Source: Octopus bimaculoides (taxonomy: Eukaryota). From it: a DNA stretch of 64,000 nt. The notes under the pieces are model-generated. The model saw only the letters and a list, made by a program, of their open reading frames with translations. It did no database searches and was not told the origin of the DNA. The translations under genes were made by a program, and so were the position numbers. The first letter of the stretch is position 1. Each line of letters begins with the position of its first letter. Where the stretch lies: contig NC_068987.1 in the NCBI RefSeq assembly GCF_001194135.2, positions 2,985,234-3,049,233 on the forward strand, given 5' to 3'. Below are positions 42,036 through 54,222 of this stretch, in pieces.

Positions 42036-44258
42036 TATGTATGTATATATATATGCACATACACACACATACATTATAACCGAACAGAGAACAAAGGGAG
42101 CAGTCATTTAATTGCTGAGTGTTGCCAAATACTTAGAGATAAGCACAGTATCCTTGGGTAATGTCTACACATCAACAAACTATTTGTGGCTGGCAGGACA
42201 CACCTTTAAGAGTGACATCAGGTAACCATGGTAACACAATATATAATAGGGATGACCTCAACACCCAGCTTTATTATTTATATGACAATACTTATCTAAG
42301 CATGCCACTCACCTGACCCTAGCTAATTACTGGTTATTTTTTTCTACTAATTAAGTCACCTGAATATCAGTCTCTCCTTTCTGTCTCGAGTGAAACATTG
42401 TTAAAGATCTTTAATCTTCAATGAGACCATCATTCATTGTTCTTCAACTTTCAGAGTACAGGAATTACTACTGACAGTGTCTTACCTGGAGCTGTAGAGA
42501 ATTCTAGTCCTGCTTTTATACCAAGATACCTGGAAGGTCAAGCAGCCGTCACAATTCAACATGTTTCTTGTGGAGATCTTTTTGCTGCCTGTCTAACAGG
42601 TTAGTTCATTATAGCATCATCATCATCGTCATCGTCATCACCACAGATTCTGCACTCATCACTTTCTGCTGCGTTGTCTATTCTGTATTTCATGTAGTCT
42701 GTTCTTGGTGCTTGCTCCATTTCACAGCCTCCGTTTCTGGTTTTAAAAAAAGAAAAAAAAAATGGAACTGGAGGCTCTAAATTATAATTATTATTATTAT
42801 CATTATTATTATTATTATTATCATCATCATCATCATTGTCATCATCAATTGTCTTTTACAGATCGAGGAATTCTAATGACTCTGGGAAGTGGTGCCAATG
42901 GTTGCCTGGGACATGGCAACTTTAATGATGTCACTCACGTGAGTTCCAGATACTCTTCTCACATTTATAATGTTCACAAGATATCATTTTCTTTCAGCAT
43001 CATGTCTCCATGAATACCATCACCACCACTACCACCACCACCACCACTACCAACTACCACCACCACCACCACCATCATCCATCAAGTGAGGATTTCTGCC
43101 AAATTTGTGACTTTGGAGATTTGATATTCCACCAACATTTTCGGTACCCCCTACCCCTTGCTTTTGCTACGTTCACTTCTNNNNNNNNNNCCCTTGCTTT
43201 TGCTACGTTCACTTCTGCAGTTACCCATCATTCCCTTTGCATCTCCCCTTTAAGGACTCTACCATCCAACTCTTACCCCTTTCACTCCCCCCCCCCCCAG
43301 TCTTCAATCAGAGAATCTCAGTAAAAGTATGTTTCGTATTACTGAGCTGAGATACTCTCTGTGCAGATTTGAGCAAAGTACCCCACACACCTGTACTGGT
43401 GTCAGGAGAGGAAACACCACTCCTACCATGCCTTCCCTGCCGCAAGTCATAGAAACCAAACCAAAACAAGTCTCATATGAGATCCAGTGTATGAGAGGAG
43501 TGGTGGCCCTTTATAAAACCTATCCTTAACTTCTTTGCAAACCACACCTGTACTACTCTGTCTCAATATTCACACCTGTCAGGTGACAAACCAGTAGAAT
43601 CATTGGCATGCTGAGCAATATACTTAATGCAATTTGTCCACCTTTATGTTCTGAGTTCAAATTCCACTGAGGTTAACTTTGCCTTTTATCCTTTCAGGGG
43701 TCAATAAAATAAGGACCAGTTGTATACTGGGGTCAATGTAACTGGCTTACCCCTCCCCTAAATTTGCTGGCCTTGTGCCAACATTTGAGACCAGCATTTA
43801 CACCTGTCCTTATCTTCCTTACTAGCCACACCTGTACTAATCTCTACAGCTGGGCCCTCTGCTTTTATTGTCTCAAACCCTGGCAGTTGTAATACAATGA
43901 ACCAATGACCAAAAGTGCTCCAGCCATATCTTTGTATATTAGGGATTGCATTGTCCAAACTGTTCCTCTTTTTAGGACAGTAACAAGGGATTTGAGATTT
44001 GGCTGCTATTTTTTGCAAGTTGAGCTCAAGTTACAGCCCCAGTAGCTGACAGGAAGTAACTGTCACACGATCTCACTCACCACCACCACCACAATGACAA
44101 CTTCTCCTGTTAATGATGACAGCTCCAGTTCACAGACAGTAGTTGAAAAGAATCTGATCTGTAGACATTCAACCTAACAGCAAACCACATTAATATTTGT
44201 GTGAGAGGCTTGTTAGCATGTTTGGTGGTTAAAGACACTACGAATAAATAAATATTCT

Positions 44259-44309
<51 letters not shown>

Positions 44310-45661
44310 ACTGGCATACATTCTATCAGAGAGCAACAATATGAAGGCCAAACAGTCTCAACATCAAATTAAATATAGGCTTTTGTTGAAAAGTTCAAGG
44401 AGAAAAACTGAAGAATTTATTTTGATAAATGAAATTATGAAAATGTCTAATTAGAAATAAAAAAGTATGTGAAATACTTTGGGAAAGAAATACATACAAT
44501 TGTATATATGTATATATTGGTATTGTCTCACCCATGCTAGCATGGAACATGGATGTTAAATGATATTGGGAAAGGTTGGTAAGTTCTTGAGAGACCCCCC
44601 TTAACTGGGCGGGGATGCAGTAATGAGGGAGGTGGCTTTGTGCCAAGCATTGAGAGACTACAGTATGATAGGGGGACGGGAACAGGTGTCTGTCTTACTG
44701 TAGGGGATAAACATGGCTGGTCCAGCTGGAAAGGGAGAACAGATGATGGTGATGAAATGAGCGCATACCCTCAACATACAAGAAGGTGAATATAAGAGAG
44801 AATAGAATTGGGAAAGGTTGGTGAGTTCTTGAGAAAGTGACAAATGGTTAGGGATGCGGAAGAGAGGAATGCATTGTCTTCTCTCTTGCTCACTACATCT
44901 GATGCTGCAAAGGCACACTTTTGCATTTCGTTGTACAAGTACACTGATGCTGCACATCCAATGGAGCATATTCATTGCATTTCTTTCTCACCTCTGCAGG
45001 TGTCCTTCACATTCGGGGACCCTGTCTTGGCATCCTATAATCTGACTTTTACTGTGAGAAAGAGACCTTTTCTTTATCAACAGAGGTAACAGCTCTCCAA
45101 ACTTTCTCTAATCTGTTCTTGTTCTTTCAATCAGGCTTTCAGAACATCTTCCTCCATTGCGAATTTGGTCACCTAGGCAACAGAAATGTCTATTGCCCCG
45201 CCACAGAGAGAGAGAGAGAAGGGGTGTGGAGAAAGTGTGAGATATGTATACATTTTTACACCTATATATATATTTGGGTGTGTGTGTATGTGAAATGTCA
45301 GGGGTATATATTCAGAGGGTACAATGAGAGTAGCAGTACTAGATACACATATGCCCCCAACCAAGAATGGTAAATTTTCTTTATAATTCTACTCTTTCAG
45401 TAAATTTAACTGGATTTATTTTGTTTTTAAATCAAAGCCAAAGTTATATTTTTATATACAAATATTATACCCTGTGACAACATCCATCTTACACCATCAT
45501 CTGTGTATGTGTGTGTGTGTGTGTCTGTGTCTGTGCGTGCATGCATGTGTATGTATGTGCGCGCATGCATGTGTATGTATGTGCGCGCACATGTGTGCAT
45601 GCGTGCGTGTGTATGTATGTGCGCGCACATGTGTGTCCGTGCGTGTGTGTGCGTGTGTGCA

Positions 45662-45693
<32 letters not shown>

Positions 45694-47973
45694 TGCATTT
45701 ATCTAGACGCTCTTAAACTTAAAATATATATATTAGTAGCTCCTTACTCCCAACAATGCAAAAGAGGAAAAAGAAACCATGGAAGACCCAAGACTGAGAT
45801 TCAAAGACACTGCAAAAAAAAGGGAACTTGAAGTGGAAAGGAATTGATCCCTAATATTGGTCAAATGCAAACTAAAAATTGACCATTATGGAGGAAAGTG
45901 ATCAAGTCATGCCAAAGCCACGAACAGTCCTAGTTCCAACGACTGACTGCAGGATGGGTAATGTGCACTGCTGTAATCTCTATTAATAGATGTGTACTAT
46001 ATTCTGTATTGGTCTCAAATTCTGGCAGGAGGCCAGTAACTTCAGGGGAGGCAAGACAGGTCGATTACATCAACCCCAGTACTCTATTGATACTTACAAG
46101 GTCGACCCCTGCAGCATTTGAACTCAGAACATAAGGTCAGAAGAAATAACACCAAGCATTTTTGCTGGTGGTCTAATGATTCTGCCAGCTTGTTACAATA
46201 TTAAACATTAGTATTCTGGTAGACATTAGTAACTAGTATTGTAAAGTACTATAATATATATTAGTGCCCGGTATATTGTATGTTAATACCTAGTACAGTG
46301 TTATGTAGAGGAGGGGGGGGCCTCCAGCCTTAGAAACCAAGCCGAAGCAGACAAAAGAACCTAGTGAGGCTCCTGGCCTTGCCCGCTCCCTGTCAAACCA
46401 GCCAACCCATGGAAAACAGATGCTAAATGATAATAATGGTGGTGGTGGTGGTGGTGGTGAGGAGGAGGAGAAGGACTATGACGACAATGATGCTGACGAC
46501 GACCGACCTAGTGTCATCAGTATCATAATTTTAACAACTGATTTAGTTTTCCATTCTGCACTCAATTTAATGATGTCTGTATTACAAGTTTTTGTCTGTG
46601 ATTTCTACCCCACCACTACCACCACCACCACCACCATTACACCCACCACTGACCTCTGTGGTTATGTCTTCCTCGTTCTTCTGATATATAGTGCCCCCCC
46701 CCNNNNNNNNNNNNNNNNNNNNNNNNNNNNNNNNNNNNNNNNNNNNNNNNNNNNNNNNNNNNNNNNNNNNNNNNNNNNNNNNNNNNNNNNNNNNNNNNNN
46801 NNNNNNNNNNNNNNNNNNNNNNNNNNNNNNNNNNNNNNNNNNNNNNNNNNNNNNNNNNNNNNNNNNNNNNNNNNNNNNNNNNNNNNNNNNNNNNNNNNNN
46901 NNNNNNNNNNNNNNNNNNNNNNNNNNNNNNNNNNNNNNNNNNNNNNNNNNNNNNNNNNNNNNNNNNNNNNNNNNNNNNNNNNNNNNNNNNNNNNNNNNNN
47001 NNNNNNNNNNNNNNNNNNNNNNNNNNNNNNNNNNNNNNNNNNNNNNNNNNNNNNNNNNNNNNNNNNNNNNNNNNNNNNNNNNNNNNNNNNNNNNNNNNNN
47101 NNNNNNNNNNNNNNNNNNNNNNNNNNNNNNNNNNNNNNNNNNNNNNNNNNNNNNNNNNNNNNNNNNNNNNNNNNNNNNNNNNNNNNNNNNNNNNNNNNNN
47201 NNNNNNNNNNNNNNNNNNNNNNNNNATAAAAGGAAGAGAAGGGACTGTAGGGGTTGGAAGATGGGGGGAGGTGAGAGAGACAGTATCAAAGAAACAAGAT
47301 GGAAGGAGGGGTGTAAGGCGGAGGGAGGTGACCAAGTGCATGTTAGAAAATCTTTACAGTGTAAAATGACCTCAGATCTACTCTAAAGAAAAATTTGGTA
47401 AATTGGAATATTATTGGGAGGGGGGGGGTCATTGGTGAATTATTCTGGGGTCTGGGAATATGTCCCCAGAAATTACAAACCTTGGACGTTTCGCACCGAC
47501 ATTTCTCCCCCTCCTGGGGCCATTGCGGAATCGTCTTTCTCCACTCTCCACAGACCTTCTGTGTTTAATAACCTGGGACTCCTTACCATCGTTACACATA
47601 TCATCATAACGACTACACAGTAATAACTTCTCTGTGCTATGATGATGATGAGGATGAGGAGGAGGAGGAGGAGGGTGATGGTGGTAGTGGTGTCCTCGGC
47701 GGTGATGGTGATCGGTGCTATCACCATCATCATCACCATCAGCATCATCATCATCATCATCATCTGCTCCATTACTGCTGTGACATCTCTAATATCTTTT
47801 CGCCTTTTTTTTCACTGTGCACCAGGCAAAAATAGTGGAAGCTCTTCTGGGTTATGAAGTGATGCAGGTGTCATGTGGTGCATCACATGTTTTAGCAGTG
47901 ACCAATGAACACGAAGTATTTGCTTGGGGGCGTGGAGATAATGGTAAGTGACATTAACAGAGAATTTATTCTC

Positions 47974-48006
<33 letters not shown>

Positions 48007-48196
48007 TTCCCCATACACACACACATACATGTGTACATATGTACCCCTATGTGTATGTGTGTATATGATTGATTGCTAAATCCACAATTTTTTTTATATT
48101 CTCTCTCTGTTTATTTTCTCTTATTCCTTTCTGTTGAAGAGCGTAGGCTTGAAACGTTAAACACTTTATAACTTTCCCAAGCGTCAAACCATTAAA

Positions 48197-48231
<35 letters not shown>

Positions 48232-51200
48232 TATGGTGTTAGGAAAGGCATCCAGCTGTAGAAACTTTGCCAGAACAGATTGGAGCCTGGTGCAGCCTTC
48301 TAATGGCTCACCAGTCCTCAGTCACACCGTCCAACCCATGCCAGCATGGAAAACGGACGTTAAGCGACGACGATGATGATGATGATGCAAAGGCAAGTAC
48401 CTTCTACTACATCCCTGGACCAACCAAAACTCTGTGAGTGGATTTTTTTGTTAATGGAAACTGAAAGAAGCTTGTTGTGTGCGTGTGTGTGTGTGTGTGT
48501 ATGTGTGTGTGTGTCTCCTTGTCTTGACATTGTCTGATTGTTGTGAAAATGATTGTTTCTGTCATACATGGAGTATCGTTCAATACCAATATTCTGCAAG
48601 AACATGTCTGGCCATGGAGAAATATTACCTTATTTAGAAACAGGTAAGGGTTGGTGATAGGAAAGGCATCTGGCCATAGACAATCTGCCTCAATAAACTC
48701 AGTCCAACCCATGCAAACAGGTAAAAGTGGACGTTAAAATGATGATGATGATGAGGGTGATATATGTCTACATATGTCTCTCTATATATTGTAAACACAC
48801 ACACACACGTCACTGTCTTCATCATCATCATCGTTGATGATGTGTGTGTCTGTGTATGTGTATATCTACATGTGTATATCTACATGTGTATATCTACATG
48901 TGTATATCTACATGTGTATATCTACATGTGTATATATATGTACATAGATGCTACATATATGTGTTTAGTATTTTTAGCAAGTGGTCATCTGATGTCCTAA
49001 TTATTTACTCATTGACATCATTCTGTGTGCCAATTTGCCATTTCTTCATTTCATTCTTTGTCTTGCCTTTCTCAGGTCGTCTTGGATTAACTACTCAAGA
49101 GAGCTGTCTTTCTCCATCAGCTGTGCCGATTCCTGAAAATATGCAGCCATTTTCTGTCCACTGTGGTGTGGATAGTTCTATTATATTAACTGTGGACAAG
49201 AAACTTCTAAGTTGTGGCAATAACAGGTCAGTTGGTCCATTATAAATATCATGGGTAGTGAAGACCAGTATTTCGTTAATAATCTAAGGTGTTTAACCCT
49301 TTTGTTACCAACCTGACTGAAACCGCCTCTGGCGCTGGAGTACAAATGTCTTGTTTTCATAAGTTTTGAATTAAAATCTTCCACCAAACCTTAGTCACAA
49401 TTTATGTTCCTAACACTAGCTTAATGATAACTAAGTTATTTTACTAAATTCTTTGTTATATTTAAAATTAATTGAGAGAAACACAGAGCATCTCAACAGA
49501 AATATGGTAACAAAAGGGTTAAAATAATAGAAAAACAATTCTTAACCCTTTTGATACCAACCTGGCTGAAACTGCCTCTGGTGCTGGAGTACAACTGTCT
49601 TGTTTTCGTAAGTTTTGAATTAAAATCTTCCACCAAACCTTAGTCACAATTTATATATATATACATATATTTCTCTGTGTGTATGTACCTTTGTGTGTAC
49701 TCTTGTCTAGACACCACATGATGGTTGTAAATGAGTATCACTGTTATACAAGTGAGGTTGTTTGTTTACAGTGAACTGTACCATCCTCCATGAAAGCCAA
49801 TGGTTTCTGCCTTGGCATGACAAGTATCCCTGTCAAGATAGTGAGGTGTTAGAAACAAAACTAGAGCTTCATCAATTCTTCAATGTATGCTCCAGCATGG
49901 CAACAGTCTAATGACTGAAATGGACAATAAATGATAAATGATAATCTCTGTCATAAATTTTTAATTACACTAATTAATTCAATTAGATTTTTCAGCTTCA
50001 TAACTTTGTGTTTTGTATGTATTAGAGCTGCTTATTTGATATTTAGAGTGTTTTTTGATAATGTCTTTCATTTTAGATATAACAAACTTGGATTAGACAC
50101 AGAGGAAGAGAATGTTGATGTCATCTTTAAGTTCACTGTAGTCAGTAGGTCGCCTTTAGGTGAGAAAGAAATAAAAAATGTTGCACTGGGCACATCCCAC
50201 ACTGCAGTTGTGACAGGTAAGTTCTTGTATTAAGCATCACACCTCAATCCGACGGATTCCTCTCATATCATTCATATTTGATGTTTCTCATTAACTCCAT
50301 AATTTGTCCTAAATATTTTAATGATTTTCAACTTTAATGTTGAACTAATTATTTTTTACTCATCTTTGCGTAAATGAGGCAACATCTGTAAACATTCAAT
50401 TGATACGGATCACTGATTCTCAAACAGTTGATATGGATCACTGGTTCTCTAACAGGATAAATTAACTTGTTTCAACACTTTTCTCACTTTGCTATGGTTT
50501 TTCATGTTGTTCTCTTGTGAGCACAAATTACTTAGAATTTTGGAATTTATACGACAAAGTATTTCTAATGAATAAGTTTGTTCTTTATCTCAGTTGTCTG
50601 ACCAATATGACCAAAATACTTGGCTGAGTCGCAACATTTTGGCTATTTGATCCCATAGTTCTGAGTTCCAGCCCCTCAGCTTCTGGGATAGACCAAAAGC
50701 TTTGTGGGTGAAATTTAGTTTGTGGTAGAAGGTATAAACCTCTTTGGGTGACTGCCCTTATTTTAGTTGATCAACTGAATGCATCAGCCACTTTTAAACC
50801 CTCAATCAACCCTTGGGTGTCTTTACCTGATTTCATGTAGTTGCAAGCATTTGGAGCAGGTCTTCCATCTCAGGGTTACTTACTTTCTTTCTGTTACCAG
50901 CCCTGAAAAAAAGGACACTGCTCTTTCTCTTCTAAATAAATAGATAAATATCACGGTGGTGCTCCAGCATGACCACAGCCACTTGGCTGAAACCCATAAA
51001 TAAATAAATGGAGTCAGTAAGATTTTAGAAGGCATGGAGGTACATGGTTTTGGGGTTAAGGTGTTGGACTCACAGTCATAAAGTTGTGATTTCAATTCCC
51101 AAACTGAGCAGTCCATTAAGTTCTTGAACAAAAAAGACTCCTTTTTTGTTGCTCCATTCCACACAGCTGAAAATGTTGTATCCTAACAAGATGATCTGAC

Positions 51201-51754
51201 AGTGAACTACAAACTATGGAAGGCCAAGAAAGCTCCAACTTTCTTTGGCATCCATGGTGGAGGAATTCTTGTTACACATCATTCAATGATGTGGTCATGG
51301 CAGGCTCGTAGCCTTCACAGGCCCATAGCATTGGCAGACATTCTTCACTTTGAGTTGTTGGAATGGTTAATGTTTCTCGTGAATAACTGCAAGTTGATGT
51401 TTGCAGGAGAATCCAAGACAAGGATAGAATTGGAAGAAGCTGAGGCTCTGAAGAGGAAGAACTCGTTGTAGCATTTAGTGTAGGGCTTGGTACAACCCAG
51501 GTTCCAAGAGTAGGAGGAGGAGGAGGTGGAGAGAGAAGGGAATGGGCAAAGGTTTAAGCAGAGAGTTAGCATGAAACTAGCCAATTCTCTCTTCTCAATA
51601 ACAATTCTTTTTTTTTATCCTAATTTGCTGTTTTCCCACTTTTTTTCTTCTCCAAGTTTTATTTAAGACTTTTCTTGGCCTACATTATGTTTGGCAAGCT
51701 TTCTTTTAATCTTTCTTTTTCTCAAAATCTATCTTTATAGTCTCTAAACTGTAA

Positions 51755-51796
<42 letters not shown>

Positions 51797-53071
51797 CAGT
51801 AGTAGCAGTAGTAGTAGTAGTCACAGCAACAACAACTGTTGTTGTTTGTGTTCCTGTTGCTGCTGCTGCTGCTACTGCTGTTGTTGTTGTTGTTTGTGTT
51901 GCCTTTTTGTTATTGTTAATGCCAGCAATTGATGTTTGTTGCAGTCAGTGGTGAATGCTTCACATTTGGTTCAAACCAGTTTGGTCAGTTGGGTTATGAA
52001 ACTGAATTCTCTTCTCGCAGCCGACCTCAGCGTGTTGACAGCCTAGAGTCATATGTAACTACTACTGTAGCATGTGGTGACACCTATACCATAGCAGTCA
52101 CTGAAGGTAAGTACTGTTCAGATGTGGCTTTAAACAAAGTCTGTCTGTAGCTTGACTTGATAAGAATACCAGTATTCACCTTAAGAGGGGAAAATTATAA
52201 AGATCTGCCTGAACGGATCAGGTTTCATTGAGGTAAATGCAAGGTGCAGTAAGGCTGTTTCATTGAGGAAAGAAATGTGAGAGGCAGCTTTATTGAGGTA
52301 CGCAACGTGGAGCGATGTGGATTGTTTTGTTGAGGTCAGCATTGTGTAGAGGGTGTGGCTGTTTTAGTGGAATAATGTGTAAAGGTGTCAGTGGAGGTAC
52401 ATGGCTTAGTGGTTAGAGCAGCAGACTCGTGGTTGAGGGATCACGAGTTCAAATCTCAGACCGGGCGATGTGTGTGTTTATGAGTGAAACACTTAAGTTC
52501 CACGTGGCTCTGGCAGAAGATAATGGTGAGCCTCTGCTGACTCTTTCGCCAAAACTTTCTCTCACTCTTTCTTCCTGCATCTAGCAGCTCACCTGAGATG
52601 GACCAGTGTCCCATCCAGGTGGGGAACCTATACGTCAATGAAACCGGGAAACCAGCCCGTATGAGCCAGGTATGGCTTAAAGCCATCAACTGTATTGAGA
52701 CAAAGAGCAGCTGAAATAGTTTTATTTATTAAACCTTTCCTCCAATGCTGGTATTGAAGTGTGATAAATATAAGAATTTTCTCTGGTCATGGATTATCTT
52801 TGTCAACTGGACGAAAGCCTATATTTTAGATGCTCACTTGTATTAAATATTCCTTTTCTTTTTTTAATTTGTGTTCTGTAATTATTATCTCACTTTTGTT
52901 CTTATTGCAGATTCAGAAGTATTTTCATGGGGAAACAGTTCTCGAGGTCGACTTGGCAGGAATTCAGAAAATAGTGGTATCCCTCAGAAGATTACTTTCC
53001 CAGATGATCCGTTCACTGTGACCTCAGTCTCTTGTAGCTATGGTAACACTCTCATTGCTACCAAACATTAA
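23077..53071 (+). CDS. NEK8: Serine/threonine kinase NEK8, complete, 678 aa; join(23077..23123,26836..27041,29669..29724,31376..31552,34877..34926,35812..35893,37115..37323,39116..39198,40481..40653,42455..42599,42862..42938,47826..47943,49076..49226,50077..50216,51945..52106,52911..53071)
   Basis: Sixteen exons sum to 2037 nt with every phase matching. [83 protein letters not shown], then RCC1 repeats ([57 protein letters not shown]): the NEK8 signature. Confidence 0.96.
26220..26557 (-). mobile_element. CORE-like tRNA-derived SINE
   Basis: Minus-strand A box tggctcagtgg, B box gagttcaaatccc, CORE-like cttgagcaagacactttatttcacattgctccagttcactcagctg; related pieces at about 29848, 51035, 53850. 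Confidence 0.75.
26836..27041 (+). CDS. NEK8: NEK8 exon 2
   Basis: ttccag / gtttgt; TVYLCRR...IVMEYAQ. Confidence 0.95.
27245..27495 (-). mobile_element. Probable LINE ORF2 C-terminus with two C2H2 zinc fingers + 3' UTR
   Basis: [23 protein letters not shown]...[21 protein letters not shown], no TGEKP linker, bounded by (TA)n. Confidence 0.55.
27600..27935 (+). mobile_element. RTE-clade LINE RT-start fragment
   Basis: [25 protein letters not shown]. Confidence 0.75.
29669..29724 (+). CDS. NEK8: NEK8 exon 3
   Basis: taaag / gtcagt; [19 protein letters not shown]. Confidence 0.92.
31376..31552 (+). CDS. NEK8: NEK8 exon 4 (HRD, DFG)
   Basis: cacag / gtaaga. Confidence 0.95.
31840..32088. mobile_element. 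Foldback/MITE-like element, copy B
   Basis: Arms 31882-31931 and 32039-32088; core near-identical to copy A. Confidence 0.85.
32285..32520 (+). mobile_element. HERO-like (RLE) non-LTR retrotransposon C-terminal relic
   Basis: With one frameshift: [44 protein letters not shown]. Confidence 0.55.
34877..34926 (+). CDS. NEK8: NEK8 exon 5
   Basis: ttccag / GTATCCTTT (U12 donor); [17 protein letters not shown]. Confidence 0.93.
34927..35811 (+). other. U12-type (minor spliceosome) GT-AG intron, NEK8 intron 5, 885 nt, phase 2
   Basis: 5' splice site GTATCCTTT (34927-34935); branch site TTCCTTAAC (35792-35800) 11 nt before the exon junction; no polypyrimidine tract. Confidence 0.92.
35812..35893 (+). 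CDS. NEK8: NEK8 exon 6
   Basis: aag acceptor / gtaagt; [27 protein letters not shown]. Confidence 0.95.
36690..37105 (+). repeat. Degenerate (TCTA/TCTG)n tract directly upstream of NEK8 exon 7
   Basis: Direct inspection. Confidence 0.9.
37115..37323 (+). CDS. NEK8: NEK8 exon 7
   Basis: cccag / gtttgt; [17 protein letters not shown]...[12 protein letters not shown]. Confidence 0.95.
39116..39198 (+). CDS. NEK8: NEK8 exon 8 (linker)
   Basis: accag / gtatgt; the only phase-2 to phase-1 open exon I found between exons 7 and 9; poorly conserved linker [16 protein letters not shown]. Confidence 0.72.
40481..40653 (+). CDS. NEK8: NEK8 exon 9
   Basis: ttaag / gtaagg; VYYWGGGI...[22 protein letters not shown]. 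Confidence 0.9.
42455..42599 (+). CDS. NEK8: NEK8 exon 10
   Basis: ttcag / gttagt; [30 protein letters not shown]. Confidence 0.93.
42862..42938 (+). CDS. NEK8: NEK8 exon 11
   Basis: tacag / gtgagt; [19 protein letters not shown]. Confidence 0.94.
45495..45690 (+). repeat. Complex (TG/CG)n microsatellite
   Basis: Direct inspection. Confidence 0.9.
47826..47943 (+). CDS. NEK8: NEK8 exon 12
   Basis: accag / gtaagt; [24 protein letters not shown]...WGRGDN. Confidence 0.95.
48855..48945 (+). repeat. 14-bp tandem repeat (GTGTATATCTACAT) x about 5
   Basis: Direct inspection. Confidence 0.9.
49076..49226 (+). CDS. NEK8: NEK8 exon 13
   Basis: ctcag / gtcagt; GRLGL...VHCGVDSS...SCGNNR. Confidence 0.94.
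49297..49518. mobile_element. piggyBac-type MITE, 222 bp, followed by a truncated second copy (49546-49654)
   Basis: Perfect 14-bp TIR CCCTTTTGTTACCA / TGGTAACAAAAGGG; TTAA at 49293 and 49519. Confidence 0.92.
50077..50216 (+). CDS. NEK8: NEK8 exon 14
   Basis: tttag / gtaagt; YNKLGLD...[12 protein letters not shown]. Confidence 0.93.
51270..51570 (-). mobile_element. CR1/L2-like LINE ORF2 C-terminal relic
   Basis: [23 protein letters not shown]...[14 protein letters not shown] resembles the degenerate C-terminal motif of this group. Confidence 0.45.
51945..52106 (+). CDS. NEK8: NEK8 exon 15
   Basis: tgcag / gtaagt; [13 protein letters not shown]...[12 protein letters not shown]. Confidence 0.94.
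52393..52682 (+). mobile_element. V-SINE-like tRNA-derived SINE
   Basis: A box TGGCTTAGTGG, B box GAGTTCAAATC, V-domain-like gatggaccagtgtcccatccagg. Confidence 0.65.
52911..53071 (+). CDS. NEK8: NEK8 exon 16 (terminal)
   Basis: tgcag; [13 protein letters not shown]...[14 protein letters not shown]; AATAAA at 53290. Confidence 0.93.
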
Positions 53072-53303
53072 CACTCGTTCCAATGAACTTGGTGCAGCTG
53101 TCTGCATTATATCAACACATAGTGATGGCTGCATTGGTATCACTGTCACGTGACTGTCACATGACTCACTTCTATTCATGCCTCACTAATTGCACTTGAA
53201 CAGGCAGACAGACAGACAGGCAGCAGAGAAGCCTTTAATAATATACTTATGTAAACTATGGTTGTAATGTATGTGTGTATATACTGATAAATAAATATAT
53301 ATA

Positions 53304-53338
<35 letters not shown>

Positions 53339-54176
53339 NNNNNNNNNNNNNNNNNNNNNNNNNNNNNNNNNNNNNNNNNNNNNNNNNNNNNNNNNNNNNN
53401 NNNNNNNNNNNNNNNNNNNNNNNNNNNNNNNNNNNNNNNNNNNNNNNNNNNNNNNNNNNNNNNNNNNNNNNNNNNNNNNNNNNNNNNNNNNNNNNNNNNN
53501 NNNNNNNNNNNNNNNNNNNNNNNNNNNNNNNNTATACATATATATTATGGTAGCAGAAAGGGAATTTTTAACTCCTATTTCTAAATTTGGTCCGTGGCGA
53601 AGCAATTAGCTGACCCCTAATTATAATTATGTTTATAATTATAGAATATTTACATATATGTGATGGACTCTGCTGTCGATCCTGATGTATGAGCATTCAG
53701 CTTTTGCTGAATGACCTGCACAAAGGATTTGTTTATAGGGATCAAATGATCGTGCCGCATTGCTTATCTCATTCTCTCCACCAAAACGACGTTGCTTGAA
53801 CAGGGGCACAGTGTGCCATGAGTCAGGTGTCAAAGTGATTGCAGAGTAATGCAAGATGAAGTATTTTGCTCAAGAACACCATGCACTACCTGGTCTAGGA
53901 ATTGAAATCGCAATTGCTAGATCATGAGTGCAATACTCTAACCACTAGGCCATGCGCCCTCACACACACACATGCACACACACATCATCATCATCGTTTA
54001 ACATCCGTTTTCCATGCTGGCATGGGTTGGATGGTCCAACTGCAGTCTGGGAAGCCAAGAGGCTGCACCAGGCTCCAATCTGATTTGGCAGAGTTTCTAC
54101 AGCTGGATGCCCTTCCTAACGCCAACCACTCCGAGAGTGTAGTGGGTGCCTTTTTACGTACCACCAGCACAGGGGC

Positions 54177-54222
<46 letters not shown>

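Noticed and set aside
43156-43217. Direct repeat cccttgcttttgctacgttcacttct on both sides of a 10-N gap
   Set aside because: Typical unmerged contig overlap
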